Source: an uncultured Gemmatimonadales bacterium (GTDB lineage Bacteria > Gemmatimonadota > Gemmatimonadetes > Gemmatimonadales > GWC2-71-9). From it: 64,000 nt of DNA. The notes below the pieces were generated by a model, which did not search any database, was not told where the DNA came from, and saw only the letters and a program-made list of their open reading frames with translations. This document shows positions 21,171-30,074 of the stretch, one piece after another. Numbering within the stretch: the first letter of the stretch is position 1; each line of letters starts with the position of its first letter. The stretch spans positions 736,001 to 800,000 of the forward strand of contig CAWHFW010000002.1 in the NCBI GenBank assembly GCA_963828735.1, given 5' to 3'. A program made the translations under genes and the position numbers.

Positions 21171-21827
21171 CTAATTGGTGCGATTGATGCGGTCGACGAG
21201 CAGGCCCAGCGACGCGATGGATCCGACGATGCCGAGGGCGGGTATGAGAAAGTCCTTGAAGAACGACCGCTTGCGATCGACGATGATCTGGTCGCCTGAG
21301 CGGAGCGCCAAGGTGGCCTGCGAGCTCTTGACGTCCGAGAGGTTCAGGAGGAAGGTTTCCTGCTGCCCGGTCGAAGAGAGACGCAGGAGGCGAATCCGGT
21401 TGTTGGCGCCGTCCTTGGTGAGGCCACCCGCGCGGGCGAGCGCCTCGCCCACATTCGTCTCCGGACGGGTCGCGAACACACTTGGCCGCTCGACCTCTCC
21501 CGAGACCGCGAGGCGGATCAGCGGCTCCATCACGAACTGCGGGTTGTCCTCGAACTGCGAGAGGAACGTACGCAGGTTGCTCTCCGCCTTGGCAAACGGC
21601 AAACCGGCGATCTTCACCGACCGGAATAGGGGATGGGTGATGGTCCCGTCGGGGGCGATCACGAAATCCCCACTGAATTCCGGCTTTCGCCATACCACGA
21701 TGCGAACCGAATCCCCAGGGGTCAGCACGGTCTGCGCTGCTCCGGACGGCTGCTGAGCCGCAGCCGGGAGGGCAAAGGCAAACAAGCCGAACGTGAGACT
21801 GAGGATCAGTGTACGCATAGTGGTCAT
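21171..21827 (-). CDS. wza: polysaccharide export (OPX/Wza-like) protein with SLBB domain
   Basis: LTPGDSVRIVVW, IAPDGTITHP...AGL, VSGEVERP, ALARAGG, LRSGDQIIV; C-terminal hydrophobic helix. Confidence 0.8.
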   Translation of the reverse strand: MTTMRTLILSLTFGLFAFALPAAAQQPSGAAQTVLTPGDSVRIVVWRKPEFSGDFVIAPDGTITHPLFRSVKIAGLPFAKAESNLRTFLSQFEDNPQFVMEPLIRLAVSGEVERPSVFATRPETNVGEALARAGGLTKDGANNRIRLLRLSSTGQQETFLLNLSDVKSSQATLALRSGDQIIVDRKRSFFKDFLIPALGIVGSIASLGLLVDRINRTN

Positions 21828-21906
21828 GCGGTCCCCGAGTAAGGTTGGCGGTATCCATCCGGAGGGTCCCCATGTGACCTCCCGGGCCTGTGAAGCCCGT
21901 CGGCAA

Positions 21907-21923
21907 GGCAGGTTCCGTGCCCG
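21907..21923 (-). promoter_or_regulatory. candidate sigma-54 promoter (-24/-12)
   Basis: Minus strand reads CGGGCACGGAACCTGCC = GGCACG-N4-CTGC (GG-N10-GC); about 80 bp upstream of wza. Confidence 0.55.
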
Positions 21924-22040
21924 TAAGCCCAACGTTGGCAATCTATCACGGCCCACACGCCGGTGCACCTCGGACCGGTCACTGGAACGCTACAAACACC
22001 CGCTCTTGTGCTGCCTGGCCCTACCCCCCGCACCAGTTGT

Positions 22041-22058
22041 TGTTGCGCGGACTCAACA
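22041..22058. promoter_or_regulatory. candidate enhancer (bEBP binding) palindrome
   Basis: TGTTGCGCGGACTCAACA; 14 of 18 positions identical to the site at 4740-4757; about 120 bp upstream of the -24 element. Confidence 0.45.
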
Positions 22059-22087
22059 CCTCCAGCGACGGGGAAGGTCCGGGCCCC

Positions 22088-22130
22088 AAAATGCCGGACC
22101 GGCCGGAGGGAGTTCCTCCGGCCGGCCGGC
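22088..22130 (-). terminator. intrinsic terminator candidate
   Basis: CCGGCCGGAGG-gagtt-CCTCCGGCCGG stem followed by ATTTT on the minus strand; downstream of the 22206-24023 gene. Confidence 0.6.
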
Positions 22131-22205
22131 GCGCCACGACTACTCCATCGGCTGCCACCAAGCTGTCGGTCATTTAAAGAACAAGCCCAGAGGCAGTTTC
22201 AATGC

Positions 22206-24023
22206 TCAGGCGCGCGCGCAGCTCCTGCGCTGGAGCTTCGCCGCCGAATCCGCAACCGTGCGGAACGCCGCCTGGTTGTCGGTCCGGCTGAAGAACGTGT
22301 CGTCGTACTTCCACAGCGTGAGGAAGCAGCCGCTTCCCACCAAGGCCTGACCCCATGCCTTCACCTGGTCGGCGGTCATTCCGCAGGTCGTGCTGCGCGT
22401 GCCGATGCCACCTTGGCCGGCGCCAGCGCAGTCGTAGGTTCCATCGTTGTCGGGCACACCACCGGACAGGATGTTCATACTGAAGGCCGGGGTCCAACCC
22501 TCCGCGGCCGCCCGGGCCAGCACGTTGCGCTTGTAGGCCGCCACGTCGCCCTTCGTGGCGTTGTAGTTGTACTGGCTGATGACGTAGTCGACGACCTTGT
22601 ACGACTCGCTCGTCCGCCAGGTGTACGAGCCTGCACCGCCGTGGTTCACACCCACCGGGACCGTGGGGAAGCGGGCTTTGACGTACGCAGCCATCTCATC
22701 GAGCATGGGCTTGGTAATGTTCCCGCCCCAGTCCTTGTTCTCCGGCTCGTCAATAAGCGAGCTGCCGATCACGGTGCCATCCGCGACGCCTTGCGCCACC
22801 GCGTTCTTGATGGTGGTGGTGGCGAACGCATCGACGCCCGACTTCCACTTGCCCATGTCGAACTGGCCGTTCGTCTTCCACGCGTCGTGGCCGCCCTGCG
22901 GGATGAACAGGATGAGCCGCTGGCCGCGGGTACGGGCCGACGAGATCATCGAGGCCATGGTGGACGGCGGGGTGGATTGGATGCTCACGGTGAAGGGGGC
23001 CGGACCCCACTGCGGGGTCGTGCCGTTCCAGAGGGCGAACGGGCCGAACGGAACGCCGAGGCCGGTCGACGCAGCGGGCGCGGGCGCCGGGGCGGGCGAG
23101 GTCACGGTGACCGCCGACGTGTCGGCCTGACCACTGGAGGGCTCCTTCGCCACCACTCGGAACGATCCGCCCGTCGCGCCGGCGGTGTAGAGGCCCGATG
23201 AGGTGACGGTACCACCGGTCGCCACGAAGGTGACGGCCACGGCGATGCTGTCACCGTTGGAATTCTTTCCATAGGCCTTGAACTGCCGGCTCGCGCCGGC
23301 GTCGAGCGTGGCGGACGCCGGGGTGACGTACACCGCAGTCAGGGTCGGAGCTGGAGGAGGTGGCGGCGGGTCGGATGGCGCCGCGTCGCTGATCGTGACC
23401 GTCGAGGTATCGGCGGCCGTGCCGGCGGTGTTGGCCGCGATCACGCGATACGTCCCGGGAGAGCTTCCCGCTTTGAACGCCCCAGCCGCGTCGATGTCCC
23501 CGCCGGTCGCAGTCCAGGTCACCCCCACGGTCGCCGTCTTCCCGTCCGGGAGATAGGCGGTCGCGGAAAAGGTGGTCGTGTCGGCTGCACTCAGAGCGAT
23601 ACTGCTGGGAGAGACCGCGATGCGTGCAACACTGTCCGTGGATGGAACCACCACGACGATGGCCGTGTCCGCGTGCTTCCAGCCACGGCCGCGTCCAATC
23701 ACCTTGAAGGTCCCGATACTCGCGGACATGAAAGTCCCGTCCGCGGTCACCTTGCCACCGGTCGAACGCCAGGTGGTGGGAATGAACCGCGCGTGGCCGT
23801 CAAAGTCTCGCGGCCTGAGGTGGAACTGAATCGGCTGATTGACTTCTGCGGTAACGCTGCGGGGCGACACAATCATCGCAGCGGGTAGAGATGTGATCTG
23901 GTCGCCACCTTCGGGTGCAGTCGCGCTATCGCCCGAGCATGCGGCGAGGACGGCGATCATCGCAAGCATGGCACATTCTCGCGAAGCAGCCAACCTTCGC
24001 GCAAGCTTGAAGGTGTACGTCAT
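22206..24023 (-). CDS. lipoprotein with three Ig-like (Big_2-type) repeats and a C-terminal uncharacterised glycoside-hydrolase-like domain
   Basis: Lipobox VLAAC; three repeats of the form V.P.S......F....TW..TGG.V...G.F; Pro-rich linkers; C-terminal domain paralogous to 32698-33744. Confidence 0.75.
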   Translation of the reverse strand: MTYTFKLARRLAASRECAMLAMIAVLAACSGDSATAPEGGDQITSLPAAMIVSPRSVTAEVNQPIQFHLRPRDFDGHARFIPTTWRSTGGKVTADGTFMSASIGTFKVIGRGRGWKHADTAIVVVVPSTDSVARIAVSPSSIALSAADTTTFSATAYLPDGKTATVGVTWTATGGDIDAAGAFKAGSSPGTYRVIAANTAGTAADTSTVTISDAAPSDPPPPPPAPTLTAVYVTPASATLDAGASRQFKAYGKNSNGDSIAVAVTFVATGGTVTSSGLYTAGATGGSFRVVAKEPSSGQADTSAVTVTSPAPAPAPAASTGLGVPFGPFALWNGTTPQWGPAPFTVSIQSTPPSTMASMISSARTRGQRLILFIPQGGHDAWKTNGQFDMGKWKSGVDAFATTTIKNAVAQGVADGTVIGSSLIDEPENKDWGGNITKPMLDEMAAYVKARFPTVPVGVNHGGAGSYTWRTSESYKVVDYVISQYNYNATKGDVAAYKRNVLARAAAEGWTPAFSMNILSGGVPDNDGTYDCAGAGQGGIGTRSTTCGMTADQVKAWGQALVGSGCFLTLWKYDDTFFSRTDNQAAFRTVADSAAKLQRRSCARA

Positions 24024-24099
24024 CTGTCTTTCTGCCTTTCTCGACTCTCCTTCCGATGGCACCCAACCGTTCCCCGGAGTTCCACCACCACCCTTGGGC

Positions 24100-24262
24100 T
24101 GGTACCTAATTAGGATCAGGCCGGGGGAAACTCAATGCCTAATAACGATACGATATGTTAATGCTCCGATAAAACGCGGCGAGGCAATTGACGGTTTATC
24201 ATGGACTTACCGCAGACAACGAAGATGCATTGTAACAAAATATCGACGTATTATTTGACGGT
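24100..24262. promoter_or_regulatory. AT-rich regulatory region
   Basis: Sharp AT enrichment against the GC-rich background, upstream of the Ig-repeat lipoprotein gene. Confidence 0.5.
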
Positions 24263-24321
24263 TGTCGAAGAGAGTGTGCAGGGATAGCCCCGGAAGAAGG
24301 CTGCTCGCAGGGCTTGGCGCT

Positions 24322-25179
24322 TCACACGACGTCGAAGTCCAGGAACTCGAACCGACGGGCCGCGAGATACCCGCGCAGCTGGGGGGTCAGGGAGGCGTCG
24401 CCGAAGACGCGGAACACATACTCGAGTGGGCTCGGCCGGAAGCGATCCGGGACCGGCAGCCCCCCACCCACCCTGGCTCCAAATGAGGCATAGAGACGCG
24501 GAATCCAGGAGGCCGGATGAGGGAGTGACAATGCTTGCACTATCCCGACCGGAAGGCCGGTGGAAAGGATCCCATCCAGGGGCAATCCGAGATGGTGCAG
24601 GCGGACCGTGAGGGCGCCACGCGCTCCACCCCCGAACGCGGTGACGCCCGGGCGCGCGGTCCGCCAGGCCAGGTAGGGGGGGTCGTCGGCTAACGCCCTC
24701 GGGGCCGCCACGACAGGCCACGTCCCGGGCGCATACGCCGTGAGCGACAGGCGACCCAATGCCTGGAAACCCAGGACGCGCACGAAGCCCTGGAACGAGT
24801 TCTCGTTGGTAATTCCCACCACGAGTACGGGGCCATCCGCCTGCAGTTGGCGGTACAGTGCCCTCGTCGTGGCGATCATCAAACCCGGCACCGTCGCAGT
24901 GGGATCGGCGACCACATTGAGCGACAGGTACGTGCCCGCGAGAGGCACTACCGGCTCCGCCAGCGCTGGCGTAGGCAAGACCGCATAGTGCGCGATCAGC
25001 TTGCCCTGCGCGTCGTAGGCGTTGACGTAGCGCGCCAGGCCGGAAGGATTCCGGAGGTATTGCCACTCGAGATCGGGTTTCCAGGGCCGATCCCGTGGAG
25101 ACACCCGCTCCAGAAGCCCGGCGATCTCCGACAGCGCGTCGGCCGAAGCCAAAGCGGGAGGGGCGATTCGAAGCGTCAT
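24322..25179 (-). CDS. GNAT-like N-acyltransferase
   Basis: LEWQYLRNPSG, LIAHYAVLP, VVGITNENSFQGFVRVLGFQ; last gene of the acyl module. Confidence 0.7.
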   Translation of the reverse strand: MTLRIAPPALASADALSEIAGLLERVSPRDRPWKPDLEWQYLRNPSGLARYVNAYDAQGKLIAHYAVLPTPALAEPVVPLAGTYLSLNVVADPTATVPGLMIATTRALYRQLQADGPVLVVGITNENSFQGFVRVLGFQALGRLSLTAYAPGTWPVVAAPRALADDPPYLAWRTARPGVTAFGGGARGALTVRLHHLGLPLDGILSTGLPVGIVQALSLPHPASWIPRLYASFGARVGGGLPVPDRFRPSPLEYVFRVFGDASLTPQLRGYLAARRFEFLDFDVV

Positions 25180-25195
25180 GGGTTGGAGCGCGCGC

Positions 25196-26473
25196 TCACG
25201 ATCCTCGCACGCGCACGCGGCGGAGCATGTCGTCGACCAGATGGAAGCCGTCCCACACGACATCGAACGCTAGCGCCTCGCCGATGGGCACCAGTCGGTC
25301 GAGTCCACGGGCTCCAGCCTCCGTCGCGACCTCGCGGAGCGTGTCGCCGTCGATTCCCCAGTGCGTAAGAGTCTGGTCGCCCTCTTCGATGAACGGGAGC
25401 ACGTCGCCCGCCCGTGCCACCGGCACATGACGAATCAAGCCTCCACCGCACATGTCCTTGTCGAGCGCGGCGGCGTCGTGGATGTGAACCCCGACGAATC
25501 CGGGATGCCCGAGCACGACGCGGGCATCCGTCGACGCGGCCAGCCCGAACGCGTAGGCGCGGCGGTGCACCGCGCTCGACACCGGCGGCACGAAGTCCCG
25601 CCGTTCGACCTCCGTCTGCAGCGCTCGCTCGAACTCGGCGGCGGCTTGGTCCGCGATCGCCGGCGGCCCAACCCAGAACACCACCTGCGGTGACGAACAG
25701 GCCATCTGGTCGAACCAGAACACGTCGTTGAAGAAACCAGACGCAACGCGGGCCCGAGTCTCCGATGGGGCGGCTTGGTATGCCGCGGCATCGATCACGG
25801 CGAACGAGTATTTGCTCCCGAACACCCGTTCGCTTGCATGCGACGGAAGCGGCAATGGCCGGATGGCAGCGACGGTCTCGTCGCCGCCCCAGATCACTCG
25901 ATGGCTGCACCATGCGGAGAGTGCCGTCGTAATGGCTTCATCGTGCCCGTAGGTCAGGAACCGGTTCGAATCCCGCAGCTCCGAGTCCTCCGAGGCCACC
26001 GAGCCGATCACCCGGAGAAGGGCCTGGACGACGATACCGGACTCCTGAGAAAGCCGGACCACGCTCGCGTTGCCGCAGAGGTACGCCAGTGCCCAGGAGT
26101 AGATGAAGAGGGTGTCCACGTTCGAGGGTGCAAGGTGCAGCACGCGACCCACCGGCACGCGCACGACGTCGGGCTCGGCCGCGGCCCGACGCGCCTGTTC
26201 ATCGGCGAGTCGGGCGAGCTGACCGCGGCGCAGCCAGTACGCAACCGCCACGCTGGCGGGATCTTGCCGAAGCACTCGATCGGCGAGCAGTGCCGCGGAG
26301 AGACGTGCCAGCGTGTCCATCCGGGCCGCGCTGAACGGCGACGCGCCGGCGCGGCCCGTGCGGTCCAGGAAGGTGCCGAGGTCGACCGCGTCATCGGCGG
26401 GCGCCAACACCCGGATCCGGTCAGCGACCGCATGCCACGGCTCTGCGCGAGTGGGCACTGGGGCGTCGCTCAT
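25196..26473 (-). CDS. LuxC-like acyl-CoA/acyl-protein reductase
   Basis: GRVLHLAPSNV, VIWGGDETV, FGSKYS, catalytic region FDQMACSSPQ, WDG. Confidence 0.87.
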   Translation of the reverse strand: MSDAPVPTRAEPWHAVADRIRVLAPADDAVDLGTFLDRTGRAGASPFSAARMDTLARLSAALLADRVLRQDPASVAVAYWLRRGQLARLADEQARRAAAEPDVVRVPVGRVLHLAPSNVDTLFIYSWALAYLCGNASVVRLSQESGIVVQALLRVIGSVASEDSELRDSNRFLTYGHDEAITTALSAWCSHRVIWGGDETVAAIRPLPLPSHASERVFGSKYSFAVIDAAAYQAAPSETRARVASGFFNDVFWFDQMACSSPQVVFWVGPPAIADQAAAEFERALQTEVERRDFVPPVSSAVHRRAYAFGLAASTDARVVLGHPGFVGVHIHDAAALDKDMCGGGLIRHVPVARAGDVLPFIEEGDQTLTHWGIDGDTLREVATEAGARGLDRLVPIGEALAFDVVWDGFHLVDDMLRRVRVRGS

Positions 26474-27558
26474 GCCCTGGCCGCGAACGTGTCGCTGCAG
26501 CCCCGCAGCTCGGTCTTGGGCACGCGGCCCAGGATCTCGAAATACCGGCCGCCCATGCCGGTGTCGTCCGGGTCCGCTCCGCGGATGACACCGAGATCTT
26601 CCGTAAGCAAGGAATGACCCGGATAGCTGGTGGGCAGGCAGCTCAGCACCTGCACCAGGCCGGGCTGCCCGTCCGGCAAGGGCTCGAGCGTCACCGGGTC
26701 GCGCACGATCACCTCGGAGTAGATCGGCGCGTGAAGGTAATGCAGCGGGTTCTCGAAGTAGACGCCACCGACCTGCTCGACCATGCCGTAGAAGTTGATG
26801 ACCCGGTCGACGCCGGTGGCCGCTCGCACGCGCTCGCGGAACTCGCGCGCGTCGACCGCCGCTTCCTGCAGCTTCTTCCAGCCGCCCGAATGGATGAGGA
26901 TGCTTCCCGGCAGGTCGAAACGCAGCTGCTCACGCTCGAGAGCCTGGACGAAGTGCTGCCACACCATGAACGTGAAGCCGAACAAGAGCACACGCCGACC
27001 CGCGACCCCGTTCAGATACGCTCGAAGGCCCTCCACGTCGAGACTCATGTCCTCACGCAGCGCGTAGAATGGACGATGGCCAAACTGCGCCATGCCCAGA
27101 ATCCCCGCGCCCCGCGCCGAGTAGCTCCGGCGATCGCGAACGACGCCGGCGTGGTCGAGAATCACCATCGGCAGTCGTTCCTTGCCGAGGAAGTGCTGGG
27201 CGACCTTCACGAGCACGGCCGATTGGACGGTTGCCGTCTCCGCATCGAGAAAGATGCGACTCGGTTGCTGGCCGGTAGTGCCGCTCGAGGTGAGCACCTT
27301 CACCACTTCGGCCTCGGGCACGCTCGACAGGGTGTGGGTCTTGAAGAGCGTCACGGGGAGAAACGGGACGTCCTCCAGGCGATCCACGCGTCGGGCACCG
27401 TTCCCGAACACGCGGTGCAGCACGTTCCGGTAGGGCTCACAGCGCTCCGCGTGATGGCGTGTGAGGGTCTGCAGCATCGGCAGCAGGCGCTCCCGCTTTT
27501 CGGCCTGGCGAAGGCCATACGGCGGCAGCTCCAGCAGCGCCCGGGCCGGACTCGTCAC
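26470..27558 (-). CDS. LuxE-like acyl-protein synthetase
   Basis: PFLPVTLFK, LTSSGTTG, HSGGWKK, YGMVEQ, LLTEDLG, C-terminal ELRGCSDT. Confidence 0.88.
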   Translation of the reverse strand: MTSPARALLELPPYGLRQAEKRERLLPMLQTLTRHHAERCEPYRNVLHRVFGNGARRVDRLEDVPFLPVTLFKTHTLSSVPEAEVVKVLTSSGTTGQQPSRIFLDAETATVQSAVLVKVAQHFLGKERLPMVILDHAGVVRDRRSYSARGAGILGMAQFGHRPFYALREDMSLDVEGLRAYLNGVAGRRVLLFGFTFMVWQHFVQALEREQLRFDLPGSILIHSGGWKKLQEAAVDAREFRERVRAATGVDRVINFYGMVEQVGGVYFENPLHYLHAPIYSEVIVRDPVTLEPLPDGQPGLVQVLSCLPTSYPGHSLLTEDLGVIRGADPDDTGMGGRYFEILGRVPKTELRGCSDTFAARA

Positions 27559-28967
27559 CGGGCGCCCTCCAACGCCTTGTAATCCTTCTTGCCGGCCGAA
27601 GTGAGCGGCATCTCGGCAATTCGCCGGAGCACGATCGCCGAGGGGGGCACCGCGAGGAACCGCGCAAGATGGGCGACAGCGGCCTGATCCTGGAGAGCAC
27701 CGTCGACGACGACGGAGACCAGGAGACCGTCGCTGCGCTCTGTGGCGATCGCCCGCAACGGGAACGCGGTTTCCAGCTCCCGCTCGACATCCTCGAGATT
27801 GACGCGGCGCCCGAAGAGCTTGGCGAACCGCTTGAGTCGCCCGACGAGGGTAAAGAAACCCTCGTCGTCGACCGTGCCCAGATCGCCCGTGCGGAGCACC
27901 CCCTGCTGCACGTCGCCGAGCCCCAGGTCGGCCAAGGATTCGGCATACCCGAGCATGACGTTCTCACCCTCGTACACCAGCTCGCTGGCACCGGTCTCCA
28001 GGCCTTCCACCCGTTCGAGGCGCAGGGTACCCCCGGGAATCGGGATGCCGATGCTGCCGATCTTCTCGCCCAGGCGCTCCGGCGGCACGTAGCTGATCCG
28101 GGCGGTGGCCTCGGTCTGCCCGTACATGACCACCAGTCTGGCGCCGGCCTCAGTCACGCGGGCGTGAAAGTGGGCGATCAGGTCGCGCCGCAGGGCGCCG
28201 CCCGCTTGGGTGAAGGTCCGAAGCGTCGGATGGCGCGCCGGATCGAATCGCAGCCGGTGAAGAGTCTCGTACATGTAGGGCACACCGGCAAACGAGGTCG
28301 CCCGTTCCTGGTCGGCATCGCGCCAGAACTCGGGGCGCATGAACGAGTGCGGAGTCAGGACGACGGTCCCACCCGCGACCAGATGAGAGTTGAGCACGGA
28401 CAGCCCGTAGCTGTAGTGCATGGGCAGGCTCTGGGCGGCGCGCTCGCCTGTATTCAGGCCGAGATACTCGGCGATTCGCGAGGCGTTGGACAACAGATTG
28501 CGGGTCGTGAGCCGCACCAGCTTGGGACTGCCGGTGGAACCGGAGGTAGTGAGTAGCAGCGCCAGGTCCGGGTGGAGGGCCGGTTCGAGCAATTCGACGG
28601 CCAGGGCGGCTCTATAGCCCTGCTGCGACAGAGCACAGGAGCGCCATCCGTCGGGCATCGTGAGAGCGTCGGGGGCGAGCACCAACGCCGGGCGGTAGAT
28701 GTGCGCAAGGCGTGCGAGCGGGTCGGGCTGCAGCTCGACAAGACAGATCGGCAGGCCCGCATGCAGGCACCCAAGGTACAGAACGACGGCTTCCACGTCG
28801 GGACCCGGCGCCAGGAAGACCAGGCGGCGCCCTCCGGTGATCCGGCGCAACTCCTCCGCCGCCTGGTTCACCCGCTCGGTGAGCTCGCCGTACGTCACCC
28901 GAGCGCCCTGGGCGGGAGCAACCAGCGCCACACGCTCATCCCGGCGCCGCAGCACCGCATCGATCAC
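27555..28967 (-). CDS. AMP-dependent acyl-CoA/acyl-ACP ligase
   Basis: LLTTSGSTGSPKLV, MYGQTEAT, RTGDLG, GRLKRFAK, GKKDY. Confidence 0.88.
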   Translation of the reverse strand: MIDAVLRRRDERVALVAPAQGARVTYGELTERVNQAAEELRRITGGRRLVFLAPGPDVEAVVLYLGCLHAGLPICLVELQPDPLARLAHIYRPALVLAPDALTMPDGWRSCALSQQGYRAALAVELLEPALHPDLALLLTTSGSTGSPKLVRLTTRNLLSNASRIAEYLGLNTGERAAQSLPMHYSYGLSVLNSHLVAGGTVVLTPHSFMRPEFWRDADQERATSFAGVPYMYETLHRLRFDPARHPTLRTFTQAGGALRRDLIAHFHARVTEAGARLVVMYGQTEATARISYVPPERLGEKIGSIGIPIPGGTLRLERVEGLETGASELVYEGENVMLGYAESLADLGLGDVQQGVLRTGDLGTVDDEGFFTLVGRLKRFAKLFGRRVNLEDVERELETAFPLRAIATERSDGLLVSVVVDGALQDQAAVAHLARFLAVPPSAIVLRRIAEMPLTSAGKKDYKALEGAR

Positions 28968-29701
28968 GGCGTCATGCCTCCGTCGACCCCGATCACCTGC
29001 CCGGTGACGTATCGCGCCAGATTCGAGGCCAGGAATACGGCGACCCCCGCCACGTCGTCAGGCGTGCCGACACGGCCCATGCGAATCTGCGGGACTCGAC
29101 GCTCCGGCCACGCCGCCGCCACGTCATGCATCATTTCGGTGTCGATGAGACCGGGTGCGATGGCGTTCACGCGGATGCCCTTGGGGGCGAGCTCCTTGGC
29201 GCTCGACAGCGTATACCCCACGACGGCCGCCTTGGACGCGGCATACGCGGCCAGCCCTTCCGCCCCCTGAATCCCGGCGATGGAGGTGAGATTCACGATG
29301 CTCGGCAATTCGCTCCGCTCCATCGCACGCGTGGCGTACTGCGTGAGCACCATGAGGGCGAGCACATTCACGTTCAGCATCTCCCGCATGTGCTCCACGG
29401 AGGTCATGCCGATGAGTCCCTGCCGCAGAACGCCCGCGTTGTTCACGAGAACGTCCAGTCGCCCGTGCTCCCGGCGGATCGACGCGACCACGTCGCGGGA
29501 GAACGCATGGTCGTTGATATCACCGCGCAGGACGCGCGCCGGGCGCTCGGGCGTGCTCAGCTCGGCGGCCACGGTCTCGACGCTTTCGCTGCGGGCACAG
29601 AGGACGAGGGTCGCGCCCTCACTGGCGAACGCGCGCGCCACCGCGGCACCGATGCCTCGGCTGGCGCCCGTCACCAAGCTGACGCGCCCTTCAAGCAGCA
29701 T
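28964..29701 (-). CDS. SDR oxidoreductase (FabG-like)
   Basis: TGASRGIG, LVNNAG, YAASK, NAIAPG. Confidence 0.88.
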   Translation of the reverse strand: MLLEGRVSLVTGASRGIGAAVARAFASEGATLVLCARSESVETVAAELSTPERPARVLRGDINDHAFSRDVVASIRREHGRLDVLVNNAGVLRQGLIGMTSVEHMREMLNVNVLALMVLTQYATRAMERSELPSIVNLTSIAGIQGAEGLAAYAASKAAVVGYTLSSAKELAPKGIRVNAIAPGLIDTEMMHDVAAAWPERRVPQIRMGRVGTPDDVAGVAVFLASNLARYVTGQVIGVDGGMTP

Positions 29702-29936
29702 CGAAGCTCACTCCAAGGCCGGTCAGGATCTCGCGAGCCCTGGCGACGGTGCTCATGCCCAGGATGTCGTCCGTGTCGAACATGACGTCGAATTCGGTCT
29801 CGAGCTCCACGACCAGGGCCATGTGAGCGACCGAGTCCCACTCCTTGAGGCTGTTGTAGGCGAGATCGTCGGTGACCCGCTCATGAGGAATCCCGAGCGA
29901 CCGACTGAAGCAGTCCCGGAGCTTTTCTGCGTTCAT
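29691..29936 (-). CDS. acyl carrier protein
   Basis: 81 aa acidic protein with the WDSVAHMALV phosphopantetheine motif. Confidence 0.88.
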   Translation of the reverse strand: MNAEKLRDCFSRSLGIPHERVTDDLAYNSLKEWDSVAHMALVVELETEFDVMFDTDDILGMSTVARAREILTGLGVSFDAA

Positions 29937-30074
29937 GCTGGTCTCCATACCTGCGAGGCTCGTGCGAACAGGAGCGTTCGCCGTGCAGCAGCGGTGATGG
30001 GCAACTGGCCGGCTCAGGCACACACACGTGCCCCGCCCCCGCTTGCCCGGCGAGCCCATCGCCGATGGGCGAAG

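Noticed and set aside
25196..27558. Bioluminescence (lux) operon
   Set aside because: No luxA, luxB or luxD; the ACP/ligase/GNAT and EPS context fits acyl-group synthesis.
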